Virus record (IMG/VR): IMGVR_UViG_2874945390_000007
Length of the DNA stretch: 39,054 bases
Origin: a virus
Lineage: Duplodnaviria; Heunggongvirae; Uroviricota; Caudoviricetes
Reading direction: 5' to 3' (one strand)
Made by a program: the position numbers and the translations under genes. This document shows, in pieces, positions 9,424 through 18,791 of the stretch (the stretch's first letter is position 1; every line of letters starts with the position of its first letter). Under the pieces are notes generated by a model. That model worked only from the letters and a program-made list of their open reading frames with translations. It was not told where the DNA came from and made no database searches.

Positions 9424-9476
9424 AGCGCGCACAAAACAGGCAAAAACGGGATTTCAGAATCCCGTAAACGATTAAT
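9368..9476. repeat. two copies of a 25-bp palindromic motif bracketing the A stop codon, upstream of parM-like gene
   Basis: aaacgggactcacgaatcccgtaaa (about 9371..9395) and aaacgggatttcagaatcccgtaaa (about 9443..9467); each is an inverted repeat acggga-N-tcccgt. Confidence 0.7.
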
Positions 9477-9499
9477 TAATCAACATAAGGAAAAGCGAC

Positions 9500-10459
9500 A
9501 TGAAAATTTGTATCGACGACGGCTCCACCAACATCAAGCTGGCATGGACTGAGAACGGCGAACGCCGCAACGCCATCAGCCCGAACAGCTTCAAGTCGGA
9601 ATGGTCTGCGCCGTTCGGTGGCATGCAGCCCGCGAACTACATGCTTGATGGCGTGCGCTATGGTTTTGATCCGGTCAGCGATCGCTTTGTCCAGACAACC
9701 GACACGCAATACCAGTACAGCGATGTAAATGTCATTGCCATTCATCACGCGCTGGTCAAATCAGGCATCACGCCACAGGAGGTGGATGTGGTTGTCACCC
9801 TGCCACTGAGCGAGTATTTCGACACAAACGCACAGCCGGACATGGCCAACATCAACCGCAAAAAAGCGAACGTTATGCGCCCGGTGGAGTACCAGAACGG
9901 CGAAGCATTCACTATCCGTAACGTGCGGGTTATGCCTGAATCCATTCCGGCTGGCTTTAAGGCACTGGCTGACATGAGTCCGTTTGAATCCCTGCTGATT
10001 GTGGATTTGGGCGGAACCACGCTGGATGTGGCAAAGGTTCAGGGGCAACTGGCAGGTATCAGCCAGGTGTTTTGCGATCCACACGTAGGCGTTTCTCTGA
10101 TGGCCGATGCCGTACTGTCGGTGATGGCCACTAACGGTATGCGCACCAGTCACCACATCGCCAATACCATTATCGAACATCGCCATGATGAAGCCTGGCT
10201 GCGCCAGCACATCCACAATGACGCGCATTACGCCAGCCTGATGGCGGTTATTCGTGAAAAGGAAGAAACACTGAAACAACGCGTGATCCGCGCGCTGGCG
10301 GGTTTTTCGGGTTACGGGCGGGTGATGGTTGTCGGTGGAGGGGCGGAGATTGTGGCACCCGCTATCCGCGAAGCCTGCGGAGTTAATGCGACTTTCATCG
10401 CGGACGGGGTGCCACAGTTTGCTCTGGTTAATGGGCTGTACGCAATGGACAAGGAGTAA
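9500..10459 (+). CDS. parM: ParM/StbA-like actin-type partition ATPase
   Basis: 319-aa ORF MKICIDDGSTNIKLAW...YSDVNVIAIHHAL...VMPESIPAG...LLIVDLGGTTLD...VMVVGGGAE... aligns along its length with plasmid R1 ParM (StbA); RBS AAGGAAAAG upstream. Confidence 0.85.
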   Translation: MKICIDDGSTNIKLAWTENGERRNAISPNSFKSEWSAPFGGMQPANYMLDGVRYGFDPVSDRFVQTTDTQYQYSDVNVIAIHHALVKSGITPQEVDVVVTLPLSEYFDTNAQPDMANINRKKANVMRPVEYQNGEAFTIRNVRVMPESIPAGFKALADMSPFESLLIVDLGGTTLDVAKVQGQLAGISQVFCDPHVGVSLMADAVLSVMATNGMRTSHHIANTIIEHRHDEAWLRQHIHNDAHYASLMAVIREKEETLKQRVIRALAGFSGYGRVMVVGGGAEIVAPAIREACGVNATFIADGVPQFALVNGLYAMDKE

Positions 10460-10463
10460 ACCA

Positions 10464-10775
10464 ATGACGACACCAACCAGACGGATAAGTTTCTATCTGA
10501 AGCCTGCGGCCGTCAAGAACGAAAGCGAAGCATGCGCCTGGCTGGGCAGCCTTACACCAGAAGCCCGCAAAAGCGGCCAACGCGTGGCTTTTCTGGCCGG
10601 GCTGGCACTTCTGAAAATGAATCCAGCAGAGGCTTACCGACTGGCTGCATGGGCTGACGATGAGGCGTTATCGGTGACACAAACCAGGACAGAACGCCCC
10701 GTGCCACAGCCAGTACCAACCGCACAGATAACCAGTCAGATAGCAGGGAATATCCGGGCATTATTTCCTGAATGA
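10464..10775 (+). CDS. parR: ParR/StbB-like centromere-binding adaptor
   Basis: ORF 10329..10775; ATG 10464 (MTTPTRRISFYLKPAAVKNES...RVAFLAGLALL...) 5 nt after parM stop; N-terminal pattern resembles R1 ParR (RTIAFKLNP...RAALTAGLAL). Confidence 0.65.
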   Translation: MTTPTRRISFYLKPAAVKNESEACAWLGSLTPEARKSGQRVAFLAGLALLKMNPAEAYRLAAWADDEALSVTQTRTERPVPQPVPTAQITSQIAGNIRALFPE

Positions 10776-10835
10776 CGAATTTGACGGCTTTTAATTTTAT
10801 CGGGGTGCACTGTCGCCCCGCACGAGGAAAACACG

Positions 10836-11360
10836 ATGAAAAAATACGAATACATGCTAATGAAAGAAGCACTGCGGGCTGGTCTGGCTCCCTGTCCTGT
10901 ATCCGTAGAAGCTGTTGTTGGGAACACGATTTTCCGAACGCTGCGAAATCGCGTATCCGTGAAGATGGTTCACCAACCACCCAAATCTACCAGCATGATC
11001 TATCTGCCGCTGCCCGAGGCTATCAAACTTATGCGTTCGCTGAAATTTGCGATTTGGATGCAGACACAAATCAACAAAGCGGTGCAAAACACCTTCGTTA
11101 AGAGACTAATACCGGAGCTTGCTGCCAGATGTGCAAAATGTACCAGACCCGCACTTCAATTTGATCTGTCATTGATTCAACAAGCTACGGAGGCAGAACT
11201 GTACCGCCTGTCACCTATCCGTGATGCTCACACGGAAGCATCAGAAATGTTCCGGCTCATGTTTCAATTTAATTTTGCCGTTCGACGCACACGCGTTCAG
11301 GTCAATCGCATGATGCAGGAGCAGGAAGAGTTAACACAGTACAAAGGGGGCAGCCAGTGA
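10836..11360 (+). CDS. hypothetical protein (cargo in variable A-Q region)
   Basis: 174-aa ORF MKKYEYMLMKEALRAGLAPCP...; no recognisable family. Confidence 0.5.
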   Translation: MKKYEYMLMKEALRAGLAPCPVSVEAVVGNTIFRTLRNRVSVKMVHQPPKSTSMIYLPLPEAIKLMRSLKFAIWMQTQINKAVQNTFVKRLIPELAARCAKCTRPALQFDLSLIQQATEAELYRLSPIRDAHTEASEMFRLMFQFNFAVRRTRVQVNRMMQEQEELTQYKGGSQ

Positions 11361-11596
11361 GTAATTCAGCACGACTACAGCTTGGTTTTTCACCGCTATC
11401 AAAAACCATCGTATTGGCAAAAATGCGTGACTTAGGAGACGGAACAAAACGCCGCGTAGGAAATGATCGCGGTCGCGATGTAACCAACGAGGCCGCTCAA
11501 CTCGTTTGGCATCTAGTCATGGCAGAAGGCGGTGAAATTAATTGGGAGCTGGATGATGGTTCTCGTATGATTTTGAGGGCCGAGAAGAGTAAATAG
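11357..11596 (+). CDS. hypothetical small protein
   Basis: 79-aa ORF with GTG start overlapping previous stop. Confidence 0.4.
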   Translation: MSNSARLQLGFSPLSKTIVLAKMRDLGDGTKRRVGNDRGRDVTNEAAQLVWHLVMAEGGEINWELDDGSRMILRAEKSK

Positions 11597-11610
11597 CTCA
11601 AGGGGGATTA

Positions 11611-11796
11611 ATGCTAAATGATGATGAAGAAGAGCTGCTTATGCAGGAATGGTCGCTCGGTGATTATGATAATGGTGAAAATGGGTGCCCGCATTGTGGC
11701 CGTTATCGTTTATGTATCTGCCAGAATGGAAAACACAGATGTGAAAAGTGCAATTGGTCTCCGGAACTTAATGACTACGTGCCGATCGAGTGGTAG
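11611..11796 (+). CDS. small Cys-rich zinc-ribbon protein
   Basis: 61-aa ORF MLNDDEEELLMQEWSLGDYDNGENGCPHCGRYRLCICQNGKHRCEKCNW... with CxxC...CxC...CxxC arrangement. Confidence 0.5.
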   Translation: MLNDDEEELLMQEWSLGDYDNGENGCPHCGRYRLCICQNGKHRCEKCNWSPELNDYVPIEW

Positions 11797-11836
11797 AGGT
11801 AAGTCACACTAGGTGTTTTTTAGTTGATTTTATAAA

Positions 11837-11866
11837 TGCACAATAGTGCACAAATTTGCACAATTT
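11837..11866. repeat. three tandem 10-bp TGCACAA-containing repeats
   Basis: tgcacaatag tgcacaaatt tgcacaattt read directly; period 10 bp. Confidence 0.7.
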
Positions 11867-12235
11867 TTTTGAACGACTTTTTGCCCTTCCGGCCCGCGTG
11901 GCGGCTGGATCCGTCAAGGATCCGTGCATGCACAAAAAAACGCGTTTTTTCTGCGCGCAGGTGACGGGGGAACAGCCCGCGTTTCAGGGGGTAAATAGCA
12001 TTCCCTGAACGATGTCGCAGAGATACAACAGAATGGCTGTATTTCTCACGCTGAGCGTGAAAAAGACGTGAGGGCTTTTGATTTGATGGGGTGAAAGGTA
12101 AGGCCGTCAAAATCGCACTGAGACGGCGAGAATATGCAGTCAACGAGGTGGGATTGCGTAAGAGTCTGACTGTCGATGATGGCAATCAGCAGGAAAGCGT
12201 CGTGAAATTATCTGACTGATACAGGAGCTGGAGAG

Positions 12236-12287
12236 TCGGGGCATAAATTTTTTATGCCCCGGCGAAGCAGCAGACAAGCGAAGCGCG
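12236..12287. other. candidate cos / packaging region adjacent to portal gene
   Basis: Positional (P2 cos lies next to the 3' end of Q); perfect palindrome ggggcataaattttttatgcccc followed by ggcgaagcagcagacaagc, loosely reminiscent of the P2 cohesive-end sequence; exact cut site not established. Confidence 0.35.
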
Positions 12288-13334
12288 TCAGGATGTGGGC
12301 TGGGTGTCTAACAGTGCGTAAGGGTTAAAGCGGATCACCTCTTCGCCAAGCCAGTCATTGATGTGCTTCATGGCCTCCATGACGGGCATCAGCTCGTTAA
12401 TTGCGTAAACCCGCGCGGCCTTCTCCACATCACCAAACGCACTTTTTTCGCCCGGCATCGCCCCCATCAGTTGCGGCGGAACGCGGTGCGCAGCCAGCAC
12501 ATCATCACGGGATGCCGCCTTAACATTCATGAACTCATCCTTTGCGGTGATCTGCTGGAACGGCAAAATTTGCACCCCCTCTTTGCCCCCGTTGGGCGCA
12601 TGAATGAGCACGTTTTTAAACGCACCACCACCACGTGCCCCCTGTAGCGTTTCTTTCAGGGAGTCCATGCTTTCGCGGTTTACCTGCGCTGCACCGATGT
12701 AGATGATGCACCCGGCGTGGGATCCGTTGTCGTAGTACAGTTTTCTGAACATGTCCGCCGAATGAGAAAGGCTGGCCGAGAGTAATGCGCCAAGATATTC
12801 CGGCATGCCGTAGATTTCCTGGTTAATATCCGGATTCATCAGGTGGCACACTTTGCCAGGACGAAACTGAAACGCATCCTTGCCATCCTGCACATACCAC
12901 CATGATTCAAGATCGCTTCCGCGTCGCATGTATTTCGCCAGGGCGTGCCGTAATTTAAGCGGTTCGCCGAGCATATTGCTCCGAAGCTCAAGGAATGCGT
13001 TACCGAACACAAACCAGTCCAGCGCCAGCGCCGAGAAATCCTGCCGGGAAAGCAGCGGGTGCGGAATATAGCAGCCGAGCAATACATTGCGCTTAAAGTA
13101 AAGCGCAGACTGATGCCAGGACGTTTGCCGGGCAGCTCTTGCCAGACCGTACCAGTCCACCGGGGTTTCATACCACCGCCCGTTATCAGCACAGTACATA
13201 TTGTCCAGCAGGTCATGCCCGGTCAGGCGGTAAGGACCATCAAATGTGAATGCACTGAGCGACGATTCTTTCCTGAGCGCATCAGCGAGATCAATGCGTG
13301 AACTCATGCGCACTTTTTTATTTTTTCTGCTCAT
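12288..13334 (-). CDS. Q: portal protein, P2 gpQ family
   Basis: 348-aa ORF; size and position (leftward, paired with terminase, next to cos) as P2 Q; start ATG overlaps P stop. Confidence 0.85.
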   Translation of the reverse strand: MSRKNKKVRMSSRIDLADALRKESSLSAFTFDGPYRLTGHDLLDNMYCADNGRWYETPVDWYGLARAARQTSWHQSALYFKRNVLLGCYIPHPLLSRQDFSALALDWFVFGNAFLELRSNMLGEPLKLRHALAKYMRRGSDLESWWYVQDGKDAFQFRPGKVCHLMNPDINQEIYGMPEYLGALLSASLSHSADMFRKLYYDNGSHAGCIIYIGAAQVNRESMDSLKETLQGARGGGAFKNVLIHAPNGGKEGVQILPFQQITAKDEFMNVKAASRDDVLAAHRVPPQLMGAMPGEKSAFGDVEKAARVYAINELMPVMEAMKHINDWLGEEVIRFNPYALLDTQPTS

Positions 13335-15085
13335 CAGAACTCCATAACCGTGAAACGCTCGTTTTCTCCTTCGCCGCCAATCGGTTCGTTAATGACAGCA
13401 AGCATGGTTGCCCACGCAAGGTCGCCGTGGCTGATCCCCCTCGCGCGGTCCGTTTCGTAAGTGATAAAACCGCCCGGTGTTTTCACCTTACGCACGGCGT
13501 TAAAGGCCGCAACCAGCTCGCGTTCGGCGCGATCGTATTCCCACCGCCCGGCACGCATTATTTGCAGCATTTTCAGTACCAGCGACCGTTTTGATGACAG
13601 CGTGAAGGTGTAAGGGATGGCGGCGGGAAAAAACCGTTTCACTATCTGATAGACGGCATCCCCGTGCCCGCCCGTCGCATCAATGCCGATGTGTTCCACG
13701 TTGTAGCGATACGTGAACTCTTCAATAACTCTGGCCTGCTCTTCAAATTCCAGCCCCTGAACGCGTCGCGTCTCCACCGTTCTGAAACGACCACCAGGAA
13801 CAGCCGGAGGAACCACCACGGACACAGCGCCGCTGTCGCCGTTACCACTGCTGCCGTTTGCGTCATACCCAATCCATACCGGACGATTCCCCATCGGGCG
13901 GGGGGCAAAGGGTTTCCAGTCTTTCCAGTCGTCGTATCCGTCAACACCGCAGCCAATCAGGATATTCAGGTTAAATGCCGATTCCCCTTCGCGGACAAAC
14001 TCACACATATAGAGATTGCGGAACTCGTCTTCGGTGTTTTCATCACGAATTTCATCAATATCGGTGTGTTTCCAGCCGTGATTAACCACATCTTCCAGCG
14101 TGACAATTTGCCGCCACGTCCGGTCAGGGCAGATAAGCCCGTTATGCAGCGTTTTCCAGTCCACAGAAAAACGCTGGCGTTTATGCGCGGCCTTTTTCTC
14201 GTTCCAGCGGTCGCCGTTCCAGTAGGCGTATGCCTCGTGCGTTTCGGTGGATGGCGTGGAGAAGCAGGTGCGCCGCAGTCCGCTGAGGGTTGCCATAGCG
14301 CCAGCCACCTTGCGCAGTTCAGCAAAGCGACTGACCCAGAAAAATTCATCAAAATAAAAATTGCCCGTGTAAGATTGCGCCGTCGCAGCAGAAGTGCCGA
14401 GAAAATGCATCTCTGCGCCGTTGGAGAGGATGATTTTATCGCCCCCTTTCAGCTCCACATCGACTTCAGCCGCGGCCTTCTGAATAATGCTTTTAAACTG
14501 GAACGCCTGACGACGCGACGCAGACAAAAAAATCTGGTTACGCTGGTAAGGTTGTGCCACATCGTCACGCAGCGCCATCAGCAGTGCTTCCTGTGCAAAA
14601 TACCAGGTCGCCCCAATCTGTCGGGATTTCAGGATCATCCTGTTACGTATCCCGGCTTCCCTGCAAAGCGTCAGGGAGTCAAACCAGCCCCGCTGATGCC
14701 ACTCCAGCCTGCTGATGATTTTTTCCCGCAGTGCGGCAATCTGTTCCGGCGTGAAATGATTTTTGAGTTTTTTCGCCCGGCCTTTCTTTCCTGTGGCCGT
14801 CGCATCCGGCTGGCCATCATGCAGTTTTTTAAGCTGCCGGGTCAGCAGGTCTATTTCCTTAAAGTCACCACCTGTTTTATTCTGTTTTTCAGTAAGCTGG
14901 ATGAGGCGCGCATCGATGGACTGCGTGACACGCTGCACGGGTGGCGTTTCATCCCACTGGTCGCGTTTTTTCCACGCATAAATCGTGTTCGGGTTTATTC
15001 CCATCAGACGTGATATTTCTGCGGGCGGATAACCCTGCCAGTAAAGTTGCCGCGCACGCTGGCGCACAAAAGCGTCCTGAATCAT
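13334..15085 (-). CDS. P: terminase large (ATPase) subunit, P2 gpP family
   Basis: 583-aa ORF MIQDAFVRQRARQLYWQGYPPAEISRLMGINPNTIYAWKKRDQWDE... typical gpP N-terminus; leftward like P2 P. Confidence 0.9.
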   Translation of the reverse strand: MIQDAFVRQRARQLYWQGYPPAEISRLMGINPNTIYAWKKRDQWDETPPVQRVTQSIDARLIQLTEKQNKTGGDFKEIDLLTRQLKKLHDGQPDATATGKKGRAKKLKNHFTPEQIAALREKIISRLEWHQRGWFDSLTLCREAGIRNRMILKSRQIGATWYFAQEALLMALRDDVAQPYQRNQIFLSASRRQAFQFKSIIQKAAAEVDVELKGGDKIILSNGAEMHFLGTSAATAQSYTGNFYFDEFFWVSRFAELRKVAGAMATLSGLRRTCFSTPSTETHEAYAYWNGDRWNEKKAAHKRQRFSVDWKTLHNGLICPDRTWRQIVTLEDVVNHGWKHTDIDEIRDENTEDEFRNLYMCEFVREGESAFNLNILIGCGVDGYDDWKDWKPFAPRPMGNRPVWIGYDANGSSGNGDSGAVSVVVPPAVPGGRFRTVETRRVQGLEFEEQARVIEEFTYRYNVEHIGIDATGGHGDAVYQIVKRFFPAAIPYTFTLSSKRSLVLKMLQIMRAGRWEYDRAERELVAAFNAVRKVKTPGGFITYETDRARGISHGDLAWATMLAVINEPIGGEGENERFTVMEF

Positions 15086-15239
15086 TGCTCCCCCTGAGTA
15101 ATTACAGGAAGATTACCCGCGCGCGAAACCGTTCTCCTTAACCCCCTGTTCTGGCCGTTTTCTTACAACAAAAGCCCTTTGTATCAGCCTGTTACGCTTT
15201 GCCATCATGACTGAAGAACCAGTCAGAGGGGCAAAAACT

Positions 15240-16076
15240 ATGGCTAATGAAAAAAAGACATCCCGCAAAAAGTTTCGCGTGGCTGTCTCCGGATCAACTG
15301 TTGATGGCCGTGAAATCAGTCCGGTGCATCTGCGTGAAGCCGCCGAGAACTTCAACCCGGATGTTTACGCTGCCCGCGTGAACGTTGAGCACTATCTCTC
15401 GCCATGCCCGTCAAGCGAATTTTCCGCAATGGGCGATGTCACCGCACTGAGTACGGAAGACATTACGGAAGGTCCGCTGGCCGGACGTACTGCGCTGTAT
15501 GCAGAAATCGAACCGACCGAGCGCATGAAGCAGCTTGTCGCGGACGGCAAGAAAATCTATTCCAGTATCGAACTGCACCCGCAGTTCTCCGTTAACGGGC
15601 GCGCCTATCTGGTCGGGCTGGCGATGACCGACACCCCGGCAAGCCTGGGCACTGAGCGCCTGAAATTCACGGCACAGCAACGTCAGGCGGTGATGACGTT
15701 CAACAGTATCCAGGGTGAAGCACCGCTTATCTCCGAAGCCATCGAGTCTGAAATCATCGAAATGGCAGAACAACGCCAGGAAGAAGGCACCCAGTGGTTT
15801 AACCGCGTAATGGGGATTATTGGTCGTGGCCGCAAAGCGGATGACGCCAGTTTCTCCCGTATTCAGGAAGCGGTGGAAAGCGTCGCAACGTCACAGGCCG
15901 ACATTATCGACCGTTTTAATGCGCTGGAAACACGCCATCAGCAGGACAGCCAGAAAATCACTTTACTGACCACGGAGCTGACAGCACTGAAGGAAAAACT
16001 GCGCACGCAGGACGGCGATCCGCAGAACCGGTTCACCGCAACGGGCGCAGCCTCCGACCAGCTGGCTGACTTCTGA
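15240..16076 (+). CDS. O: capsid scaffolding protein, P2 gpO family
   Basis: ORF 15207..16076; ATG 15240 (MANEKKTSRKKFRVAVSGSTVDGREISPVHLREAAENFNP...) parallels P2 gpO N-terminus; ...YLVGLAMTDTPASLGTE... conserved. Confidence 0.88.
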   Translation: MANEKKTSRKKFRVAVSGSTVDGREISPVHLREAAENFNPDVYAARVNVEHYLSPCPSSEFSAMGDVTALSTEDITEGPLAGRTALYAEIEPTERMKQLVADGKKIYSSIELHPQFSVNGRAYLVGLAMTDTPASLGTERLKFTAQQRQAVMTFNSIQGEAPLISEAIESEIIEMAEQRQEEGTQWFNRVMGIIGRGRKADDASFSRIQEAVESVATSQADIIDRFNALETRHQQDSQKITLLTTELTALKEKLRTQDGDPQNRFTATGAASDQLADF

Positions 16077-16099
16077 TAAGACAAAGGAGCAAATTTTTT

Positions 16100-17152
16100 A
16101 TGAATCTGGTGATGTCAGATATTACCCGCAACAAGCTGGGTTGCTATATGGCGCAGCAGGCGTCGCTTAACAATATCCCGGTTTCTGCACTGGTATCGCG
16201 ATTTACCGTGGAACCTGCGGTGCAGCAACGTTTTGAAAACGCCTCAAAGGATAGCACCGAACTTACAAAAAAAATTAACGTGATCGGCGTGACCGACCAG
16301 AAAGGCGAAAAAATCCTCCTGGACACCACAGGACCGATTGCACGCACAAATACCAGTTATGACGGAACAAAACGCCGTAACCCGAATAACGTGGTTGATC
16401 TGAAAAACCGCAAATACCAGTGCGAACAGGTGAACTACGACACGTTTATTTCGTATCCGCAGCTTGATGCCTGGTCGGCACACAGCGATTTTCAGTCCCG
16501 CATCAGCGCACAGATTGCCCGACAGGTGGCACTTGACCGCATCATGATCGGTTTCAACGGCACATCTCACGCGGATGAGTCCAACTTCAGCACCAACAAG
16601 CTGCTTCAGGACGTTAACGTGGGGTGGCTGGAGCACATCAGAACCAATGCCAGCGAGCGCGTAATGAATGACGTGACGCTGACTTCCCGCAACATGGACA
16701 ACACCGTGGCGCACGCGGGTAAATACGCGAACCCTGATGCACTGGTACAGGACGCGCGCTCATCTCTGCTGGATGAATGGCACAAGGAAGCTGACGACCT
16801 CGTGGTGATTATGGGGCGCAACCTGTTTAACTCGCTGCGTCTGCCAGTGCTGAACAGCATCAGCGGCCAGAATCCCAATGCGGAATTACTTGCCGGGCAG
16901 CTCATCCTGTCATCGCGCACCATTGGCGGGCTGGGTGTGTTCCTTGCACCGTTCTTCCCGGATGCAACGATGCTGATCACCTCATTCAACAACCTGTCGA
17001 TTTACTGGCAGAAAGGTTCAATGCGTCGTCTGATGAAAGACGAACCGGAATACAACCGCATCGCCACCTACCAGTCCATCAATGACGCTTATGTCGTTGA
17101 AGACTATGGCAAGTGCGCGATGGTCACTGGCCTGAAGTTCGCCGACAGCTAA
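16100..17152 (+). CDS. N: major capsid protein, P2 gpN family
   Basis: 350-aa ORF with ...FTVEPAV..., ...KGEKI..., ...NKYQCEQVNYDTFISY..., ...IMIGFNG..., ...LQDVNVGWL..., ...YVVEDYG... matching P2 gpN. Confidence 0.92.
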   Translation: MNLVMSDITRNKLGCYMAQQASLNNIPVSALVSRFTVEPAVQQRFENASKDSTELTKKINVIGVTDQKGEKILLDTTGPIARTNTSYDGTKRRNPNNVVDLKNRKYQCEQVNYDTFISYPQLDAWSAHSDFQSRISAQIARQVALDRIMIGFNGTSHADESNFSTNKLLQDVNVGWLEHIRTNASERVMNDVTLTSRNMDNTVAHAGKYANPDALVQDARSSLLDEWHKEADDLVVIMGRNLFNSLRLPVLNSISGQNPNAELLAGQLILSSRTIGGLGVFLAPFFPDATMLITSFNNLSIYWQKGSMRRLMKDEPEYNRIATYQSINDAYVVEDYGKCAMVTGLKFADS

Positions 17153-17197
17153 TCAACTCACGGCGGGCATCATGCCCGCCTGTAACGGAGAGAAAAA

Positions 17198-17998
17198 ATG
17201 ATTACTCCTGCACAGCAACACTGGCAGAACGTGATGGCACAGCGCGCAGGCCGGGCGAATGAAGGTGTGGACCACGCCGCGCGTACCGCGCATGAAGAGG
17301 TGCTGTATCGTCTGCGTCTGGCACAGGCCCGGCTTAAGGGCGTACAGGCCAGAAGCGCGAAAGCCGACATCAAAAAAGCGTTGTTGCCGGACTTTTCCGG
17401 CTGGATTGAGGGAACGCTGGAGGCTGACGGCGGGCAACAGGACGAAGTGATTGCCACGCTGATGGTGTGGGCGATTGACTGCGGCGATCTTCCGCTTGCG
17501 CTGCGTATTGGTGCGTATGCGGTCCGTCACAACCTCATCATGCCGGATAACTTTGGCCGTACTGCTGCCACAGTGCTGACCGAAGAAATCTGCAATCCGG
17601 TACTGACGCAGGCCGGGACGGATGCCGACGCGGATTTGTCCGTCTTTATCGAACCACTGGACACACTTTGGGAAATTGTCGCCAACCAGGATATGCCGGA
17701 CGAAGTGCGCGCCAAATTATGCAAGGCGTGCGCCTTTGCCCGCCGTGGCCTGAGCGATGCGGACAGCATGGCCTCATCACTGAAGCTGCTGCGCGAAGCG
17801 ATGCATCTGAACCAGAACGCAGGTGTGAAACGCGAGATTGCAACCCTTTCCCGCGCCCTGAAAAAAGCCGATTCCGCAGCCGCACCAGAAGACGCCAGCG
17901 CACAGCAGGCGCAGGACGAAAGCAGCGAAAGTAAAAAGACAACGCGGAAGCCTGCAACACGAAAAACCACCGCGACGCAGAAGGCGAAGCGCGGTTAA
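17198..17998 (+). CDS. M: terminase small (endonuclease) subunit, P2 gpM family
   Basis: 266-aa ORF following capsid gene; size and order as P2 M. Confidence 0.8.
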   Translation: MITPAQQHWQNVMAQRAGRANEGVDHAARTAHEEVLYRLRLAQARLKGVQARSAKADIKKALLPDFSGWIEGTLEADGGQQDEVIATLMVWAIDCGDLPLALRIGAYAVRHNLIMPDNFGRTAATVLTEEICNPVLTQAGTDADADLSVFIEPLDTLWEIVANQDMPDEVRAKLCKACAFARRGLSDADSMASSLKLLREAMHLNQNAGVKREIATLSRALKKADSAAAPEDASAQQAQDESSESKKTTRKPATRKTTATQKAKRG

Positions 17999-18090
17999 CG
18001 ACTGACCCCGTCAGCGGGCGGCGTGCGCGGTGTTCCGGTTTGGCTCCGTGACCGTTTACACCGCGCACCCACCGCCCGATTTTTTCAGGA

Positions 18091-18594
18091 GTGAACCCCA
18101 TGAGTATGGTTGCCAGAACTGAACCCGGACCCGCAGAGGACGACATCACCGACACCGAAGATGGCGATACCCGTATTTCAGCGGGTGCATTCTGGCCGGA
18201 TATTGTGCTGCGCGAGCTGCGTCTGGCGGTACGACTGCCGGGCCGCGTGACCACCTCCCGCCTGCTGCATACCGCCACCGGGGCCGTGGCACACGTTACC
18301 CGCGAGCTGGAAGCATGGCAGCAGGAACAGCAGGCGGCTGGCCATCAGACGCTGGCCGATGTTCCGGCACCTGTAATTAACGGAGAAAGCGTCAATCTCT
18401 GGCACTGGCGCAATGCTGTTTATACCGCCACACGCGCCCTGATTCTGGAGCGTTACCGCGATGCGGACACAACGGACAAGGGCGACCGCCGGGCGGACGC
18501 ACTGGATATACAGACATCGGATTTGTGGCGCGATGTGAGCTGGGCCATCTCTGACATTCTGTGCCGCCCGCGAATCTTTGCGGAGTTGTGCTGA
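18091..18594 (+). CDS. L: head completion/stabilisation protein, P2 gpL family
   Basis: 167-aa ORF; ...FWPDIVLRELRLAVRLPGRVTTSRLLHTATGAVAHVTRELEAWQQEQQAAG... resembles P2 gpL. Confidence 0.8.
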   Translation: MNPMSMVARTEPGPAEDDITDTEDGDTRISAGAFWPDIVLRELRLAVRLPGRVTTSRLLHTATGAVAHVTRELEAWQQEQQAAGHQTLADVPAPVINGESVNLWHWRNAVYTATRALILERYRDADTTDKGDRRADALDIQTSDLWRDVSWAISDILCRPRIFAELC

Positions 18595-18791
18595 TGAAAG
18601 TGAAGACACTGGAAGGCGACACCGTGGATTCGCTCTGTTTCCGGTACTACGGCACGACGCAGGGCGTCACCGAAAAGGTGCTGGATGCCAACCCCGGACT
18701 CTGCCGACAGGTATTTCTGGAAGCCGGACAGGAGGTGGAAATGCCGGAGCCGGAGAAGAAAAAACAACGAGAGATGATACAGCTATGGTAA
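18594..18791 (+). CDS. X: tail protein X (LysM-like), P2 gpX family
   Basis: ATG 18594 overlaps L stop; 65-aa MKVKTLEGDTVDSLCFRYYGTTQGVTEKVLDANPGL... Confidence 0.8.
   Translation: MKVKTLEGDTVDSLCFRYYGTTQGVTEKVLDANPGLCRQVFLEAGQEVEMPEPEKKKQREMIQLW

Noticed and set aside
11820-12185. 121-aa minus-strand ORF in the cos-proximal non-coding region; also considered a retron or CRISPR-like element here
   Set aside because: No RBS, basic low-complexity translation. No reverse transcriptase gene nearby, so the retron idea has no support. The repeats are three 10-bp units, not spacer-interspersed, so this is not a CRISPR array.
13664-15013. 449-aa plus-strand ORF antisense to the terminase large subunit gene
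   Set aside because: Shadow ORF of the gpP gene; the opposite strand carries the recognisable terminase.
16244-18278. Several 95-210-aa minus-strand ORFs inside the capsid, terminase small subunit and L genes
   Set aside because: All are antisense to confidently assigned structural genes and have Arg/Ala/Cys-rich compositions typical of GC-rich shadow frames.
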